Source: Octopus sinensis (taxonomy: Eukaryota). Taken from it: DNA of 64,000 bases. The notes under the pieces were generated by a model. The model was not told where the DNA came from, did not search any database, and saw only the letters and a list, made by a program, of their open reading frames with translations. The translations under genes were made by a program, and so were the position numbers. Of this stretch, positions 25,771 through 39,247 are shown piece by piece. The stretch spans positions 92,628,001 through 92,692,000 of the forward strand of contig NC_043003.1 in NCBI RefSeq assembly GCF_006345805.1. Reading direction: 5' to 3'. The stretch's first letter is position 1. Each line of letters starts with the position of its first letter.

Positions 25771-26420
25771 TCTATATACTTATAAGTGTGAGTATGGGTT
25801 TATTGTAGTGTGCTAATGCCTGTCAATGTCTGGGGGGGGGGCATGTGCTCTTCTATATGTGTATGAACATATGTTTATATTTATAAGTCGAGATCGTTTA
25901 AAGTCCTGCAAAACATACTTAAGTATAGCACTTTTTTAGTTCTTTCAAACAATTTCTTCCCATTACCTAATAATAGTTTATCCAAAGTTTCTTTTATTTC
26001 CTTTTCTTTTTCTTCTGGCTTTTCCTTCCTTTCTTTCCCCCTCCCTATCTTTCTATACTTCAGTTAGTTCTCTCACAATATCTAGCTTCTTCCGACAACG
26101 TCATTTTAAATTCCAAGCGTCCTTTATTCGTCTGTAAATATTTTGTGAATGAACGTAATCTTTGTATGCTTAAGTAAATGTGTGTATGCGTATACAATTA
26201 TGTATTGGGGGGTCTACTGATGTTTTGGGATGCGTATGCTCTTGTAAATATCAATGATAGTTTGTTTATGATTATTAGTATATAAACGTTAGCGTATAAT
26301 TTAGAAAAGGTTTGATTCGTTACCGCATGAATATGTACAAGTATATTTGTAGAGATACATATGCATATGTATGTGAGTATATCTCAGAATATGTATGTAT
26401 GTGTGCATATGTATATATAA

Positions 26421-26459
<39 letters not shown>

Positions 26460-26756
26460 TTATGTGTGTATGTATGTGTTTGTATACGTTTGTGTTTTTG
26501 TATGAATATAATGTTTATATTTACGAGTCACATGTTTGAGTGTGAACGCTTGTGTCCATATAATTATATAAATACGTTTCGTTTTGTAGGACTTTCTTTT
26601 TCAGTTAACATATTTTTTATGAGTTTGTTATCATAAACCTGCTGAGGGGATTGGTGCACTGTTGAGGACTTCGTGACATAAATGGATTAACAACATCTCG
26701 AGCGTTCGTCTCCTTTCTATATTTTAATATTTTCTACCAAATAAGTCTTACTATTA

Positions 26757-26968
26757 CGGGAAAATCCTGGAGAAGGACATCATGCTCGGAATGGTCACTG
26801 GCAAGAGAGGAAGAGGCCGACCAAGAACCCGCTGGCTTGACACGATCAAGAGTGATACCGGAATGGACATAGCCAATCTGAAAGAAGCGGTCCAGGATAG
26901 AACTGACTTGAGGACACTGATCTAACGAGTAACAGAGAGTCGACTTCGACTGAGCGGATAGATAGATA
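26757..26968 (+). mobile_element. RTE LINE 3' end with (TAGA)n tail
   Basis: LEKDIMLGMVTGKRGRGRPRTRWLDTIKSDTG...EAVQDR is the RTE C-terminal motif. Confidence 0.85.
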
Positions 26969-27519
26969 GATTCCGGGATTATTTCCTGGGACACTTAAAG
27001 AACTTTTAGCTACATTGTAATTGTTCCTTCGGGTTTCTTCTATGCATGCGCGCGCGCGCGCGCGCGTGTGTGTGTGTGTGTACTTCATCCGTTCATGGGC
27101 ACATGATTCCTTTTTAAATCGAAGCGGGACGTAGCAAAAGCAAAAATTGGGCGGGGTGATACATTACTTTAAAAAGCATCTTAAATGTCATTGGAACTAA
27201 AACAGGAAACATTTAATAATCTTCTCAGTTTAGCGTTTTATAAGCACGTGATTTTCAAATTACTTCATGTAGAAGGATGAAACAGGACCTTTTGTCTTTG
27301 ATTAGGCTGAAGTACGTAATTTTAAACCAAAGAGAATAGGATGTTGTGACATTTATGCGCTTTTTTATTTATTCATTTTTTTTTCTATCTCTGAATCTTG
27401 ACGCTTTTACATTCTCTGTCTCTCAATCACGAGTTTCATCCCCATCTTCTTTTTTTTAATTATTGAAGTGACTTTTATTTTAGAGAAATTAAAGTAAACT
27501 CTGTCTCTGTCTCTCTTCT

Positions 27520-27524
27520 CACTC

Positions 27525-27566
<42 letters not shown>

Positions 27567-27569
27567 ATA

Positions 27570-27639
<70 letters not shown>

Positions 27640-27918
27640 ATATATATAATATAATATATATTATATATATATATAGATATATATATATATATATATAAAT
27701 ATATATATATATAATATATAATATATATATATATAGATATATAAATATATATATATAAATACATATATATATATATATACATATATATACATACATATAT
27801 ATAATACATATATATATACATATATATTATACATATATATATACATATATATATATATATATTATATATATATAATAATATATATATATATACATACATA
27901 TATATATATACATACATA
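27520..27918. repeat. Degenerate (TA)n/(TACA)n tract
   Basis: Direct reading of the sequence. Confidence 0.95.
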
Positions 27919-27919
27919 A

Positions 27920-28705
27920 TAACTTAACTTAGAAAGGTTTTGGCCAGTATTGGCCCAGGCCATGTCTAACTTAATAGCACCACCTGGCGAAGTCTTTCAG
28001 TTCAGGATTTGGGCACCAAGGCCCATTCGAGCAGAGAGTTATTGTTTGCGGAGACATATCCGGGTGTGGGTGGTTTGTCCGGTACTGTTTGAAGGAATTT
28101 GTCCAAAGACTTCTTGAATTTTGTGTAGTCAGTTTCTTTTTTGACGTGTCCTGGTGTAATGTTGAAGAGAGCGGGTCCAATTGAGGTGAAATAGTTGTGC
28201 CGTATTGTCGTTATGTGATGCGATTTAGATTTTTGTTGTGGACGGATGGCACGTGCTGATGGAATATTTTCCACATCATACAGATAATGTAGCGTTCACG
28301 GCGTCGTTGGAGTGAATACAATTTCAGCTTCTCTAGTCTACCCCAGTAGTCAAGGTCTGACATGCCATCTATCTTTTTTGTGATTGACCTTTGGGGAGCT
28401 TCAATTCTCATAATATTTTGTTTTGTGTAGGGAGACCACAGTGGACAGCAGTATTCAAGGTGGGGTCGGGCAAAAGTGGAGAAGAGAAGGATAATAGCGT
28501 GGGAATCTTTCGACTGGAAGGTTCTGAGAATCCAGGAACACATTCTGCGGGCCATGTCAACTTTGCTGCTTATATGTGTAGCCCAGCTTATGTTGTTGTC
28601 CACTGTTACTCCCAAGTCTCTGATGTTGTTGGATGCCATGAGAATTTCTCCAGAAGGTAGAGAGTATGGGAGTTTCAGAGCGTCCTCCCTTCCAAAGTGG
28701 ATCAT
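27920..28705 (-). mobile_element. CR1-like LINE 3' fragment
   Basis: [18 protein letters not shown]...RPHLEYCCPLWSPY...YWGRLEKLKLYSLQRRRERY, then after an internal deletion FKKSLDKFLQTVPDKP. Embedded between TA-rich microsatellites. Confidence 0.9.
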
Positions 28706-28787
28706 ACATATATATATACATACATACATATATATATACATACATACATATATATATATACATACATATATATATACATACATATAC

Positions 28788-28862
<75 letters not shown>

Positions 28863-29019
28863 CATATATATATATACATATATTTTCGTAAACCTTCCCG
28901 TTATATATATATATATATATATATATACGTTCGTGTATGTATGTATGTATGTATGTATGTATGTATGTATGTATGTATGTATGTATGTATGTATGTATGT
29001 TTGTATGTATGTATGTATA

Positions 29020-29170
29020 TAGCACAGGCGTGACTGTGAGGTTAAGAAATTTGATTCCGAGTTCAGTACAGTTTCCCTGCATGACATCTTGGCTAAGTGT
29101 CTTCTCCAATACTTTCGGGCCGACTATAGCCTTGTGAGTTGATTTGTGAGACGGAAACTGAAAGAAGTGT
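29020..29170 (+). mobile_element. CORE-like SINE, 5' half
   Basis: 'gcacaggcgtgactgtgaggttaag...gtgagttgatttgtgagacggaaactgaaagaag' is related to 7800-7965. Confidence 0.7.
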
Positions 29171-29265
29171 GTGTGTGTGCGCGCGCGCATGTATCAAATC
29201 CACTTATATATATAGAGTGCACGATAAGGAGTTTTTATTGCATTTTTGACTCTGAGAAAAAAATA

Positions 29266-29876
29266 TGGATCTTTACCTTTTGACCGACAGATTTCAAAAA
29301 TAATTTTTTGTAACTAAGCACTTTCAGACTTCGGACACTGGTAGAATGTGTCATATAAGCATCTTTTACTCTTAGCGTTTTTGAGAAAAGCTTATATTTA
29401 CGAAGTTATTTCACGTTAAAGTTGGCGTATTTCGGTAATTTCAACCGATCAATGACGTGTATTCAGCTGAATAAAATTACTGCTGTTGCTTGTCAACAAG
29501 AACTACTGGCAGTGTATATTTCGTTTGTCACTGTTATTTATGATAACCCTAACCCTAAAACCTTAAAGCTAAAACCAGTACAAATGCACGAACGATGCCA
29601 TAAATAACAGTGACAAACGAAAAATACACCGCCGATAGTTGTTGTTGACAAACAACGGCAGTAATTTTATTCGGCTGAATACACGTCATTGATTGGTTGA
29701 AATTACCGAAATACGACAACTTTAACGTAAAATGACTCCGTAAATATAAGTTTTTCTCAAAAACACTAAGAGTAAAAGATGTTTTATATGACACATTCTA
29801 CCAGTGCCAGAGCTTTGAAAGTGTTTAGTTACAAAAAATCATTTTTTAAATCTGTCGGTCAAAAGGTAAAGATCCA
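29266..29876. mobile_element. Foldback MITE with ~277-bp imperfect TIRs
   Basis: tggatctttaccttttgaccgacagattt ... aaatctgtcggtcaaaaggtaaagatcca. Arms are 29266-29542 and 29599-29876; the spacer contains taaccctaaccctaa. Confidence 0.9.
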
Positions 29877-30961
29877 CATTATAACATAATCTGAACACTA
29901 TTTCAGAAAATTATCACTGTTCTGTATGTGAATATGAAAGACAAATTTAGATAGGGCAAAATAACTCAACAAAGATAAGGTAAAAATTGCCTCTTTATTT
30001 CTCTAGAACTACATTTGTAAACAGACTTGTACATATCAATATCTATCCTTAGACATCAGAAGGATTAGAAATGCAGAAAACCTTTTAAAATATCCAGGTC
30101 AAATGAAAGAGGATCATGGAAGAATGTCACATGATGTGAAATTAACGAAACTCAACTAAATAAAAAGAAAAAAACTCAACAAAAGGTATTCTCTTAGAAT
30201 GGCTCCCTTCCCGATATATTTACGCATCATGTTGTTAAAAAGAAAAGTTATTGACATTAGTCGTTACTGATTTTACCCCATTTTAGAATATCGCTTTTAG
30301 AAACTTGAAAATGATCAAATCAGACAATAGTGTGGGGGAAAATTGATTTGGAATCCAACAGAGAAAATAATATTGATTGTTAAGCAGCAAAAATTATCCC
30401 GAAATTTTATTAGCAGCCTTAATTAAAATTGAGTCAAAGTTGAAGAAAAAATTTCTTGAAAATAAAAGTACCAGCCACCTGACTATACTTTACACTCTCT
30501 CAACTGCAACAACAACTATGCTGACCAATTTTTATTCCTAAAGATGATGCAACAGTACAAAATGATGACTCAATACTTGCAATGTAATGGTTTCAAACAG
30601 GTAGGGAGAAAATAACGAAAAATCAGAAATGATTCATTATACCCCAGTTAATGATTTTATCTCCCACCCAATATATATGTCTAGGAATGGATATTGATGT
30701 TTATGAGTGTGTTTTCTGGAGAAATGAAGCGGCAAATTTACATTATTTTGTATTACTTGTTTTGCCATAGCCAAATTTTTCTTTTTTTATGCTCTAAGAG
30801 GACGGCGACAATTTTCTGAAATTGTGATCAGATTGTGATAATGCTTTTAATACATTCAGGGAAAGCCATTTGTTAAGCTGATATAGTTTCCGTAAGGTAA
30901 AAAATAATTTTGTCTCAAAGTCAAAAACACAGTAAAAACACATCATTGTGCATCACCCCCG

Positions 30962-30996
<35 letters not shown>

Positions 30997-31005
30997 CATA
31001 CATAC

Positions 31006-31037
<32 letters not shown>

Positions 31038-31044
31038 ATATATG

Positions 31045-31224
31045 TACTGGAGTAAACACATAAATGTGAAACAAGGTGGAAAAAAGAGTACTCAAATACC
31101 AGGAGTAGACTAATATGCTTTATTTAAAAGCAGCAGAAATTCAACAAAACCTGTTACTTAAAATATGAGTATGTGAAACTCCGAGTAACAGGTTTTGTTG
31201 AATTTCTGCTGCTTTTAAATAAAG
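31045..31224. repeat. Hairpin element: perfect 41-bp inverted repeat (31118-31158 / 31184-31224) plus tail, between microsatellites
   Basis: ctttatttaaaagcagcagaaattcaacaaaacctgttact ... agtaacaggttttgttgaatttctgctgcttttaaataaag. Confidence 0.9.
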
Positions 31225-31249
31225 TGTGTGTGTGTGTGTGTGTGTGTTG

Positions 31250-31299
<50 letters not shown>

Positions 31300-31302
<3 letters not shown>

Positions 31303-32165
31303 TATCCACTTTCAGCTCACGAGCTGTGGAATATGAACTATTTTTTCGAACATCGATAGACACAAATGGAAAACAAGACAAACAACATAAAGAATGACCC
31401 TTCATCAGTTGTTGACTGTTTTTCTTTTCTCATATTTCGAGCATTTAACAACAATATACGCGTTCAATAAAACAGTTGCTCCTGCAAAGCAAATTAAATA
31501 AAATTTGGGGTTTTGAGAAGGGTCAAAATTGGTAACACAAACAGGACAGTGGAAACAAGCTGGAAGGACTGCTAAACCTAAACGTGTGTTGTGGTGGCGA
31601 ACACGTAAATCAAGCTTAGACAGGAGAAAAACAAGAATACGTCTTCTTTGTTCCAGCTACAACAGAGAGAAAGAAAGAAAGTTAGGAGAAGAAAGATGGC
31701 CGATGGTCACCTGGGAGCCACATGAGCAAGGGAGAAGTGAGGAAGAGAGAGTGACAGAGTAATAGCATAGAATAGAGGGAGAAGAGGATGTAAAAGAATA
31801 AGAGAGACAAAGAAAGAAAAACGAAAGAGAAAAATCGTATAGAGTGCGCATCAACATTATTAAGACAGAACTTACTTGGAAGAGGATGCATACATATACA
31901 TACATATATGTACATACACCTATGCATATATATATATATATATGTATATATGCATATGTGGGCACAGGATGTCACGAAAGGCGTACAACAAAACAATATG
32001 AAGTGCAAGTACATGGAACGTGAACTATTTTTTCGAACAACAAAAGACAATAATGGAAAACAAGACAAACAACATAAAGAACGACCCTTCATCAGTTGTT
32101 GGCTGTTTTTCTACTCTCGTATTTCGAGCATTTGACAACAATATACGTTTTCAATAAAACAGATG
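31300..32165. repeat. Two copies of a ~170-bp repeat (about 31335-31480 and 32015-32165)
   Basis: Shared 'gaactattttttcgaaca...aatggaaaacaagacaaacaacataaagaa.gacccttcatcagttgtt...tttcgagcattt.acaacaatatacg'. Confidence 0.8.
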
Positions 32166-32817
32166 CTCCCGTGTATGGTGATGCAGACAAGAAAAATAGG
32201 ACTCAAAATATGAGTATGTGTTTATTTAAATGGATATTTTCCGTCTGGTAGCCACATCGATTAATTAATCTGTAAAGGCAGCACTCCAGCATCACCGCAG
32301 TCACATGGCTGAAACAAGTAAAACAATACAATGACTATGCCATTTTAATCATAAAGAGGCCAGGTATCTCTGCTAGTATATATATAAAACTGAGAATGTG
32401 TGTCTGTTTGCCTGTATGAGTGCATCACTAAAACTTGTGCCAACGGATGAAACTCTCGGCACTTGAATCACTCTTGCTTCCCCTATATATTAGTAGCTAC
32501 CAGACAGAAAAGATCCATTCATTGAAAGCCTAGTACAAATTCTATCAGTATCTTTTGCTGAACCGCTAGATTATGGGAACGTAAACACAGCAACATTGGC
32601 TGTCAAGCAATGGTGGAGGTACAAACACAGACACACACACACACACAAATATACACATATATACGATAGTCTTCTTTCAGTTACCGTGTACGAAATCCAC
32701 TCACAAGGCTTTGGTCAGACTGAGACTATGATATGTATATATATATATATATATCCACACATAACAATATTTGTAACTCACATAGGCAAAAAGAAGAAAA
32801 ATAACGAAATCAAATCA

Positions 32818-32850
<33 letters not shown>

Positions 32851-34537
32851 CTAGCAGAGATACCCGGCTTTGCCTATGTTACATACAATTGAAGAATTGG
32901 ACTTTTCTGTAAAATTTTCTGTAATGAACTTGAATACATGTGTTTCGAATTTCATCAAAATTGCAGACGAGGGTGATTTCCCTCTTTACACACCCTAAAA
33001 AAATTGTAATCATGCCACATGTATCCCATACTACTGATTTTTATGCGCATATTCCAAAATTCCAGTCTTATAGAACCTGTTAAAAATATTTTGCTCCTGA
33101 AAAATGGAGGTCATGGAGCTCTAAAATGTGAGAGTTAAGGCCCCTATTGGGGGTCGGTGTCTTAATGTCAACCAGAGAAGTTGAATTGTTGAGAATCTTT
33201 TTAACTTGGGTCTTATATCTATTGTTTGAATTTCTTTGAAATAGGAAATATATGTTCACTGGGTTTGTAAAAGAGAGCAAAGCTACAGGAAACCAAAAGA
33301 TGAATGATCACAATGAGCATTCAGCTACCCTACCCTAGTCGTTACCACTCACAATGTAGGATCCTTCACCATCCAGGTGACAGGCACAGCCGTAAGATGC
33401 ATTAGGAATCTATAGCAATTGGAAGGGCATGACCCAACTGAAATAAACATTAACAACTGTGTGACATGAGGGCTAAGGAGAAATGAAAGTGTCACCTCTG
33501 GAGTTTGCAAATGACCACTATACTGATACGTAACTGGACAGAATAAATATACAATCTATAAATGTCTTTGAATAACCAGTCACTCATTTGGGAAGGCCTT
33601 GAAATCAATGTTACCATCTGGGGACTATGTGTGACCCAGTGATAATAAAAAGACTGAAAGGAGGTCTGCAATCAAATTACTTTACTCAACACTTTGCAAC
33701 TGAATCAGTGGAGACAAAGATGCTTCTCATTTACTTATCAATTTATGCACCACATTGCAGAAATCATAATCTAAGTATATGTCAAAGCAAACCCTTACAC
33801 TGTTGTACCATTGAATTACAAATGATGCTCATCTTTTATGCTTGGGTGACCCCACAGCTTCCAAGAGGACAACTGTATTCATCTTTGCTTAGATAAAATG
33901 ACAAAATTGTGGGTGTTAAGTCCCCATGAAGGGGTCTTTCTAACTTGTAAGAAGATGAAATTTTATAAATATTACATCATTTGTATCTAATATCTATGGT
34001 TAAAATTTCATCCACAGCAAAAATATATGAATTGTCATGGGGGTTATGGCCCTTATGCATAGAATATAATTTTCCACATTTCATAAAGATCCATTCAGTA
34101 CTTTGACCTAATTTTGGATCATAAAAGAAATTACTAAAATTTGGGAGTTAAGACCCCCATTAGGTTGTCTTAGAATCATCATGTGAAGTGGAAACTTTGA
34201 GAATACTTCTTGATGTGTGTCAATTACCCATGGTTGAAATTTCATCAACATCGAAAATTTATGAATTTTCATGGGGGTTCTTCCCCCTTTAAGGCATCTG
34301 AAATTCAAACCAAACATATTGCATTATACCCGCCCTTATGCATTGAATCTGAGTTTCAAATATCATAAGGATCCATTCACTAATTTTGGTCCATGAAATT
34401 GTATGAAAGTCACAGCATTACCCTTCTCCTAAGGCTTGGATTTTGTGTTCCAAATTTCATTATAATCGGTGCAGCAGTTTTCGATTGTATAAGTAGTACA
34501 CGAACACACATAAAGACATTGACTTTGATATAACAGA
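32851..34537 (-). mobile_element. Probable non-autonomous Helitron-like element, ~1.7 kb
   Basis: Minus strand begins TC (tctgttatatcaaag) and ends CTAG after a degraded GC hairpin (gccgggtatctctgctag). It sits between host A and T. Confidence 0.5.
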
Positions 34538-34554
34538 TATGAATATGCACATAT

Positions 34555-34596
<42 letters not shown>

Positions 34597-34598
<2 letters not shown>

Positions 34599-37500
34599 TC
34601 ATCATCATCATCGTTTAACGTCCGCTTTCCATGCTAGCATGGGTTGGACGGTTCAACTGGGGTCTGGGAAGCCCGAAGGCTGCACCAGGCCAGTCAGATC
34701 TGGCAGTGTTTCTACAGCTGGATGCCCTTCCTAACGCCAACCACTCCGTGAGTGTAGTGGGTGCTTTTTATGTCCCACCGACACAGGTGCCAGACGAGGC
34801 TGGCGAACGGCCACGCTCGGATGGTGTTTTTTATGTGTCACCGACACAGGTGCCAGATGAGACTGGCGAATGGCCACACTCGGACGGTGTTTGTTACGTG
34901 CCCACAGCACGGAGGCCAGGTTTTCTTATGTGCCACCGGCACTGGTACCACAAAAATGCAGATTCCATTGATGTTCATCGATTTTGATTTGGTTTGATTT
35001 TGATTTTCACTTGCTTCAACAGGTCTTCACAAGTGTCCCAAGAAGGAAGGTATGCACAGGTGGACTGACTACGTCCCAGGTAGGGGCCATGGGTTATGGC
35101 CTCATGTGTCCTGCCGGGTCTTCTCGCGCACAGCATACTTCCAAAGGTCTCGGTCTCTGGTCATTTCCTAGGTGAGACCTAAAGCGCTTAGGTCGTTCTT
35201 CACCACCTCGTCCCAGGTTTTCCTGGGTCTACCTCTTCCACAGGTTCCCTCAACCGCTAGGGTGTGGCACTTTTTCACACAACTATCTTCATCCATTCTC
35301 GCCACATGACCATACCAGCGCAATCGTCTCTCTTGCACACCACAACTGATGCTTCTTAGGTCCAACATTTCTCTCAGGGTACTAACGCTCTGTCGAGTAT
35401 GAACACTGACATTACACATCCATCGGAGCATACTGGCTTCATTCCTCGCGAGCTTACGCATATCCTCAGCAGTCACGGCCCATGTTTCACTGCCATGTAG
35501 CATGGCTGTTTGCACACATGCGTCATACAGTCTACCTTTTACTCTGAGCGAGAGGCCTTTTGTCACCAGCAGAGGTAAGAGCTCTCTGAACTTTGCCCAG
35601 GCTACTCTTACTCTAGCAGTTACACTTTCGGCACACCCACACCCGCTACTGACTTGGTCACCTATGTAACGGAAACTATCAACTATTTCAAGTTTTTCTC
35701 CCTGGAATGTGGCGGAAGATGGTCTCTGCGCATCTTCAGTCTTTATTGAACCAGAGCATCTGCCACATACAAAAACTATCTTCCTAGTTAGCCTTCCTTT
35801 GACATTGCTGCACCTCTTATGTGTCCATAGCTTACACTTGGTGCATCTTATAGAGTTCCTACCTAGGCCTTTTCTACAGATCGAGCAGGGCCATCAACCT
35901 GAAGGTGTTTGAGATTTGTCTACCTTCCTACTTATTAGGACTTTGGTTTTAGCTAGGTTGACTCTAAGGCCCTTCGATTCTAATCTTTGCTTCCATGCCT
36001 GAAACTTCACCTCGAGTTCTGATAGTGATTCAGCAATTAGAGCAAGGTCGTCAGCATAGAGGAGCTCCCAGGGGCATCCTGTCTTGAAATCCTCTGTTAT
36101 TGCCTGGAGGACTATGATAAATAGGAGGGGGCTGAGGACCGAGCCTTGGTGGACCCCAACCTCCACCCGGAATTCTTCACTGTACTCGTTGCCAACCCTC
36201 ACCTTACTAACAGCGTCCCTGTACATGGCACGCACAGCTCTCACTAACCATTCATCTATCCCTAGTTTCCTCATTGACCACCAGATAAGGGATCAGGGGA
36301 CCCTGTCAAAGGCTTTCTCCAAGTCAACGAAAGCCAGGTACAGAGTTTTATCTTTGGCTAGGTATTTCTCCTGCAGCTGTCTCACCAGAAATATGGCATC
36401 AGTGGTGCTTTTCCCTGGCACGAAACCAAACTGCATCTTGTCTAGGTTGACTCTTTCTCTAATCAGTTGGGCTATGACCCTTTCCGTAACCTTCATTACC
36501 TGATCCAACAGCTTAATACCTCTGTAATTACTTGTATCTAGGGCGTCACCTTTACCTTTGTAGCAGTTGACTATTATGCTACTACACCAGTCATTGGGTA
36601 TGACTCCTTCGTGTATCACCTGGTTAACTATACGGGTGACTAGGCTATAACCGACACTGCCAGATATTTTGAGCATCTCAGCAGTAATTCCTGACGGGCC
36701 TGGGGCTTTCCCTGTCTTCATGCTTCCAATTGCCTTAACTACCATGGAACTGTTAACTCGGATAGCTGGTCCCTGTATTGGGTCGACATTCAGCAGACTC
36801 TCTTTATCCCATTCATTCTCTTTGTTGAGCAACCTTTCATAGTGGCATCTCCAAACCTCTCTCTTTGCATCCTCATTTAGCGCAAGTGAACCATCATCCA
36901 TGCGAACACATTTCTCTCCTACCACATCACGATTCTCTCTCACACACTGTCTTGCAACACGAAACACCTCAAGTCTTTGGTCCTCACGGCGCAGAACATT
37001 GGCAAATTTTTTCTCATCTGCTTCCCCTCTAGCTAAATACACCTGTCTCCTAGCTTCTCTTTTCGCAGTCTGATACAATTCCCTACTACCGCCTTTCCTC
37101 CAGTCCTTCCAAGCCTGTCTCTTGTCTCTAATAACCCTGTCTACAACATTGTTCCACCACCACGTTACCCTGGGATGAGATGGGACTTTGCTCCATCCAC
37201 AGATCTGGTCAGTGGCTCTCAGCAGATTGTCCCATAGAAACCTCCAGTTGGCTTCCACATTATGTGATGCTATATCCCCTTCTATTTCGTCGAAAGCTTC
37301 GAGTAGAACTTCTCTAAATCTCTGTCCATTTACAGGATCTTTAAGTTTCCAGACACTTCTCCTCTGAGCTGGTCTTCTTCTGGGCAGCCATTTGGCCCTG
37401 ATCCTGAAAACGCTAACTACTAATCTATGTTGAAGAGTACATTCCTCGCCTGGGAAGGTTTTGGCATTTATAAGCAGCCCTCTTTCCCTCTTTCTGGCAA

Positions 37501-37906
37501 GGATGTAGTCAATCTGGCTAGTGTGTCTGCCAGAACGGTAAGTGACTAGGTGAGAGGTGGGTTTCCTGAAGCTGGTATTGCAAATCATAAGGTCATTTGC
37601 ATCACAGAACTCCAGCAGCCTGGTTCCCTCCTCATTGCGAGAACCAAAACCGTAGCCCCCGTGTATGCCATGGAAGCCCCCGACATGCCGTCCAACATGT
37701 TCATTGAAGTCACCTGCCACAAAGAGAAGGTCACTGTCATTTGTCAACGAGGTAGTCTGTAATAGGGTGTCGTAGAATTGGTCTTTCTGTCCTTCCGGTA
37801 GCCCTGGTTGAGGGGCATATGCCGAGATGATGGTAGCTGACCTATGGTGAAGCACTAATCTAATCTTAAGTACTCTGTCACTTACTCTGACTACCTCAAT
37901 TACCTT
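34597..37906 (-). mobile_element. Young RTE-clade LINE (APE, RT, PHD finger, C-terminus, 3'UTR, (GAT)n tail), 5'-truncated
   Basis: A single reading frame from about 37905 to 35100, broken only by in-frame stops at 36293, 35894 and 35168. APE motifs SAYAPQ, GDFN, SQIDY, QHRLV; RT motifs QFGF, FVDLEKAFDRVP, GVHQGSVLSP, YADD. Confidence 0.95.
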
Positions 37907-37954
37907 ATATATATATATATATATATGTCTATGTGTGTGTGTGTGTGTATTATA

Positions 37955-38625
37955 TACACACACAAAGATAAATTGATAGATACAACTGAGTGGGCAAACC
38001 AAAATATGAGACACAGCCTAGTGCTTTTTTTATGTTGATAAGCCTTGTATTTATTCTATTAGTTTCTTCTTGTGAAACCAGTAAATTATGGGGATGTAAA
38101 TAAACGGACAGCAGTTGTGAAGCAGTGATGAGGGTGAAACACAGAGACAAAGACATACATATGCACTAACATATATACATACATATATATACAACTGATT
38201 TCTTTCAGTATCTGTCTACGAAATCCATATATATATATATATATATATATAAATACACACACACACACACAAAGATAAATTGATAGATACAACTGAGTGA
38301 GCAAACAAAAATATGAGACACTGCCTAGTGCTTTTATTTATTTTGATAAGCCTTATTCTATTAGTTTCTTCTTGTGAAACCAGTAAGTTATGGTGATGTA
38401 AATAAACGAACAGCAATTGTGAAGCAGTGATGAGGGAGAAACACACACACAAAGACTTACATATATACATACATATATATACGATTGATTTCTTTCAGTT
38501 TCTGTCTACAAAATCCACTGACAAGACTTTGGTTGGTCTGAGGCTATAGTAGAAGGCACATGCCAAGTCACCAGACAGTGGTGTTTTGGAACCAAGTTTG
38601 TTACCACACAGCCACACCTGCTCCT
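37955..38625 (-). repeat. Local tandem duplication (~270-300 bp) of a decayed SINE plus flank
   Basis: 37955-38228 and 38262-38520 share 'cacaaagataaattgatagatacaactgagtg...ttctattagtttcttcttgtgaaaccagtaa'. The SINE head continues to about 38625. Confidence 0.85.
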
Positions 38626-38872
38626 ATGTATGTGTGTGTGTGTATGTATGTGTGTATGGGTTTATATATCTGTATATATAAGTGGACATATTACATGTAG
38701 ATCTATCTATATATATATATATATATATATACATCTACACATATACATGTATACATATACATCTATATCTATAGAAATACATCTATACATATACATGTAT
38801 ATGTATATATATATACATGTATATATATACATCCATATATATACATCTATATTATACATCTATATATATATC

Positions 38873-38903
<31 letters not shown>

Positions 38904-38907
38904 TATA

Positions 38908-39105
38908 TTTGGATCTCTTCTTGTCAGGTGTCCCAGATGAACCAACCTCATGGCAGGAGGTGCAGATGAGGGCAGCTGCATCGAACACTCTCATGCACCA
39001 AATAGCAATTGCTAAAAAGCATTCGTGAAGTAAAATCATGTAGCAACACAAAATGGTGGTGCCCCAGCATGGCCACAGCTCGTGAGCTGAAACTAAATAA
39101 AGAAA
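38908..39105 (+). mobile_element. CR1-like LINE extreme 3' end
   Basis: [28 protein letters not shown], followed by 'ggtgccccagcatggccacag'. Related to 41510-42033. Confidence 0.85.
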
Positions 39106-39149
39106 AGATAAAGATATATATTTATATCTATATATATTATATATTTATT

Positions 39150-39247
39150 TTATAGAAGGAGCTTCTACAGGACTAGAACTGTTTCATTCAAAAGAATCAT
39201 CAGGAGTACCTTATTTACTGTGGTTAACCCCGACTCAACCCGGGACC

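Noticed and set aside
29544-29560. (CCCTAA)n as telomeric or interstitial telomere sequence
   Set aside because: Only about two units, inside a MITE spacer.
31335-31430. Minus-strand CTGATGAAGGG...TTCGAAA (also at 32020-32100) as a hammerhead
   Set aside because: Stem II does not pair and stem I cannot close in any permutation I tried.
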